A DNA stretch of 64,000 bases from a phage. The stretch lies in assembly GCA_024613925.1 (NCBI GenBank), contig GCA_024613925.1_4713.1, one strand, 5' to 3'. This document shows, in pieces, positions 59,119 through 64,000 of this stretch. Numbering within the stretch: position 1 is the first letter of the stretch; every line of letters starts with the position of its first letter. The notes beneath the pieces were generated by a model, which saw nothing but the letters and a program-made list of their open reading frames with translations, was not told where the DNA came from and did not search any database. The position numbers and the translations under genes are program-made.

Positions 59119-59625
59119 TCATGCTAAAATTCCTTCATTACCTAACAGTCGATTACGATGACGTCGGTACATTTGACAAAGTGTTGTGATTTGATAATGT
59201 TTGTTGTAACGTACCTCGATACGTTTTTGCACCTCTTTCCATGGAAGTTTATCGTATTGCCGATAACGATGGATTTCATTTAACATACGAAGACGAGTAG
59301 GATCGGTGTTCTTTATCGTCGTGAGCTTCACGCGTTGATATCCACGCTGTAGTCCCGATTCGGAATACGTGACGTCAAACTCATCCTGAATGATGGTGAT
59401 GATCTCCCGCCACCGACGGTTCTCGCCGTCACGTAAATGGACAACCCGCGATAAGATATCGTTCCGATTACGATGACTCAGTTTGATGTTAAGCATTGAA
59501 GCAATCGCGCTAATTGCTCTCTGACTCCGTCCTAACGCTTCACCGATTTCTTTCGATGTCATGACGCCCGCGTTTCGGCGTATGAATGCGATTTCGGTTG
59601 TTGTGTATTCTTTACCTGCTGCCAT
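59119..59625 (-). CDS. Myb/SANT-like helix-turn-helix protein, array paralog 1
   Basis: Repeat YTTTEIAFIRRNAGVMTSKEIGEALGRSQRAISAI plus C-terminal W/Y-rich domain shared with neighbours. Confidence 0.5.
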   Translation of the reverse strand: MAAGKEYTTTEIAFIRRNAGVMTSKEIGEALGRSQRAISAIASMLNIKLSHRNRNDILSRVVHLRDGENRRWREIITIIQDEFDVTYSESGLQRGYQRVKLTTIKNTDPTRLRMLNEIHRYRQYDKLPWKEVQKRIEVRYNKHYQITTLCQMYRRHRNRLLGNEGILA

Positions 59626-60089
59626 TTCTTACCACGTGTGTTATAATAGTAACGCTGACAAAGATGTGTGTGACGATACTCCCGTTTGAACTCGACGCTG
59701 ATAATGCGAGCAACTTCTCTCCAGTTAACCCCTTCACGTCGAAGTGCTGTAATACGGTCTGAAATTCTGCACCATTCATCCGGGTCGTATCGTCGTAGCT
59801 TGAGTCGTCGTATTACGGAGGCGACACTCGCTCTCGATCGGCCAAGATGATTTGACAGCTGTTTAACCGAGTATCTGTGGATATTGTCACGAATATAGGA
59901 AATCTCGTTGTCCGTATATGCCTCATTGGTTCTCGACGAAGGGAACAGCATATACAGCTTATTCTTAATCGCGCTTTCTGTGCGTTGAAATACAGCAGCC
60001 AGCTCACTAACCGGTGGTCTGGGTATCCGGTCCGCGTAATCCTCGAGGCGTGAGAGTTCCTCATCTGTCCAGCGATGGTACTTGCGCAT
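59559..60089 (-). CDS. Myb/SANT-like helix-turn-helix protein, array paralog 2
   Basis: Start moved to ATG at 60089 (MRKYHRWTDEELSRLEDY) with AGGAG 6 nt upstream; two repeats. Confidence 0.5.
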   Translation of the reverse strand: MRKYHRWTDEELSRLEDYADRIPRPPVSELAAVFQRTESAIKNKLYMLFPSSRTNEAYTDNEISYIRDNIHRYSVKQLSNHLGRSRASVASVIRRLKLRRYDPDEWCRISDRITALRREGVNWREVARIISVEFKREYRHTHLCQRYYYNTRGKKWQQVKNTQQPKSHSYAETRAS

Positions 60090-60564
60090 GGGCAACTCCT
60101 TTGTTTTTCGTGTAGTAACACCAACGTTGATACAACGCATGTTTATTCGTTGTAATCCCAAATTTAACAACAACGTCGTAGGTAATAACATCCCAATTTT
60201 GGGTGACGTTAAGTCGTTCCGCGATAAACGCGATAATCGCTTCCCGTTCTTGCTTGGTTAGCGCACGACGAATTCCGTTAAGCCGTATAAACTGACGAAC
60301 CGAGTCATACGAACGGTTTAAATCGTACGCAATCTCCCGCAGCGATTTTTGTCTGATTACCGACTTGATGTATGTGCGTTCTTCTTCCGTATACGGCCGA
60401 TGCTTTTGACGTTGACGTATTCCCAAACGCCCCAGACGCGCGTCGACGCTGGCGCGTGTTCGCCCTGTCCGTTGCGCGATTTCATCAATCGTCATCGATG
60501 TGTTCAAATACAGATGCGTAACATCTTTCAGCTCGTCGTCACGCCACGGTCGAGATCGTCCCAT
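60061..60564 (-). CDS. Myb/SANT-like helix-turn-helix protein, array paralog 3
   Basis: RPWRDDELKDVTHLYLNTSMTIDEIAQRTGRTRASV and YTEEERTYIKSVIRQKSLREIAYDLNRSYDSVRQFI. Confidence 0.55.
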   Translation of the reverse strand: MGRSRPWRDDELKDVTHLYLNTSMTIDEIAQRTGRTRASVDARLGRLGIRQRQKHRPYTEEERTYIKSVIRQKSLREIAYDLNRSYDSVRQFIRLNGIRRALTKQEREAIIAFIAERLNVTQNWDVITYDVVVKFGITTNKHALYQRWCYYTKNKGVAHAQVPSLDR

Positions 60565-61042
60565 CTTGTATCCCTCTTTTCTTTCTATGATGCCACCAAC
60601 GCTGATAGACAGCTTGCTTCGTACGTGTTATACCGAAATGCGCATTAACCCGTTCAGCAATGTGGTGCCAATCCTGCGTTTCTTCCAACAATGTATCAAC
60701 GAAGGCTATGAAGATCTTAGTATCAGCCTCGCTTAACCGCTTGAAACCATGACGATGTGCTATCGTTCTGATACTGTTTGGATCCCTGTTTAAATCGCGT
60801 GCGAGTTGTTTGTAACTTTTGTGTTTGCAGTGTGCTCTGATATATTCCAACTCATCGACGCTGAAACGTTTATGTGGTTTACGACGTTCAACATTTAAGT
60901 ATACCAACCTCGATTTAATTGCACCGTACGTTGTTTCCATGATTTCTGCGATTTCACGGATTTTTAATTTCGGGTGACGATAGTACAATTCCAGCAACTG
61001 TTCATCATCCTTACGATTCCATCGTCGTACTGGAGGTTTCAC
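60539..61042 (-). CDS. Myb/SANT-like helix-turn-helix protein, array paralog 4
   Basis: RRWNRKDDEQLLELYYRHPKLKIREIAEIMETTYGAIKSR and FSVDELEYIRAHCKHKSYKQLARDLNRDPNSIRTI. Confidence 0.55.
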   Translation of the reverse strand: MKPPVRRWNRKDDEQLLELYYRHPKLKIREIAEIMETTYGAIKSRLVYLNVERRKPHKRFSVDELEYIRAHCKHKSYKQLARDLNRDPNSIRTIAHRHGFKRLSEADTKIFIAFVDTLLEETQDWHHIAERVNAHFGITRTKQAVYQRWWHHRKKRGIQDGTISTVA

Positions 61043-61055
61043 AACGAGATTTCTC

Positions 61056-61523
61056 CTATTCTACGCGTTTTAATGCTTGAGTGTAGTAGAGGCTATGAAC
61101 ACCGCTTAACGTGTAATGGGTGTTAAATTCGTTATTGATGATATTCCGTATTCTCTCCCAGGTGTTATTCTCTTTTCTAAGGGTGTGTATTCGATAATAA
61201 ATCATCTCTCGACGTTGCGCTTTGCATGCAACAATGCCATAACGGTAGCAGAGTTTAGCGATTGCGTCCACGCTACGATTGAACATCGCTGCAGCTTCTT
61301 TTACGCTATGCGTCTTAAGATAATCAGCTAACATCACACGTTCTTCGAAACAGCAATAGCGGTGACGCGACATGAGTTTCCAGCGCTTGCGATTGCGGTT
61401 AATTCGACCTTGAACAGAGCCTTCTGTTCGGTCAAGCCGTGCCGCAATCTCTTGCATCGGGATACCGTTTCGGTACAGGGTAATCAATATCGCGTCTTCT
61501 TCGGGTGTCCAGTCCTTGACCAT
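61056..61523 (-). CDS. Myb/SANT-like helix-turn-helix protein, array paralog 5
   Basis: KDWTPEEDAILITLYRNGIPMQEIAARLDRTEGSVQGR and second repeat; C-terminal ..W..I..F.....Y..Q.Y block. Confidence 0.55.
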   Translation of the reverse strand: MVKDWTPEEDAILITLYRNGIPMQEIAARLDRTEGSVQGRINRNRKRWKLMSRHRYCCFEERVMLADYLKTHSVKEAAAMFNRSVDAIAKLCYRYGIVACKAQRREMIYYRIHTLRKENNTWERIRNIINNEFNTHYTLSGVHSLYYTQALKRVE

Positions 61524-61535
61524 AGCGCCACCCCA

Positions 61536-64000
<2,465 letters not shown>

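Overview
The window reads as a contiguous piece of a large virulent tailed dsDNA phage genome, probably infecting E. coli or a close enterobacterial relative (lambda Stf/Tfa-like fibre tip, Enterobacteriaceae-like codon usage). No integrase, tRNA, CRISPR array or bacterial housekeeping gene was seen. All calls rest on reading the six-frame track, motifs and hand translation; no database search was run. Layout: (1) 1-18.9 kb, mostly minus-strand virion-like genes, including paralogous acidic proteins, two giant alpha-helical proteins and an HEXXH metallopeptidase; (2) 19.1-22.4 kb, a T4-type family-B DNA polymerase N-terminal/exonuclease fragment followed by an HNH homing endonuclease and a group I intron-like ribozyme core; (3) 22.5-30.4 kb, a minus-strand run of nine small ORFs plus three larger unknowns; (4) 30.5-33.6 kb, a plus-strand island with a macro-domain protein and a T8 run joining two ORFs in the -1 frame; (5) 33.7-49.4 kb, a multi-fibre receptor-binding cluster with a lambda Stf/Tfa-like fibre tip, an embedded lipoprotein and a fibre ending in DUF285/BspA-like repeats; (6) 49.5-58.9 kb, lysis candidates (SleB-like endolysin, small membrane proteins), secreted proteins and a SAM methyltransferase; (7) 59.1-61.9 kb, six tandem paralogous Myb/SANT-like helix-turn-helix genes, then an NAD-dependent DNA ligase. 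A family of GC-rich intergenic hairpins with a shared GCATA flank recurs throughout. The strongest candidates for undescribed biology are the Myb-like array, the intron-interrupted and truncated polymerase gene, the macro-domain island with its frameshift site, and the lipoprotein and DUF285 fibre in the receptor-binding cluster.
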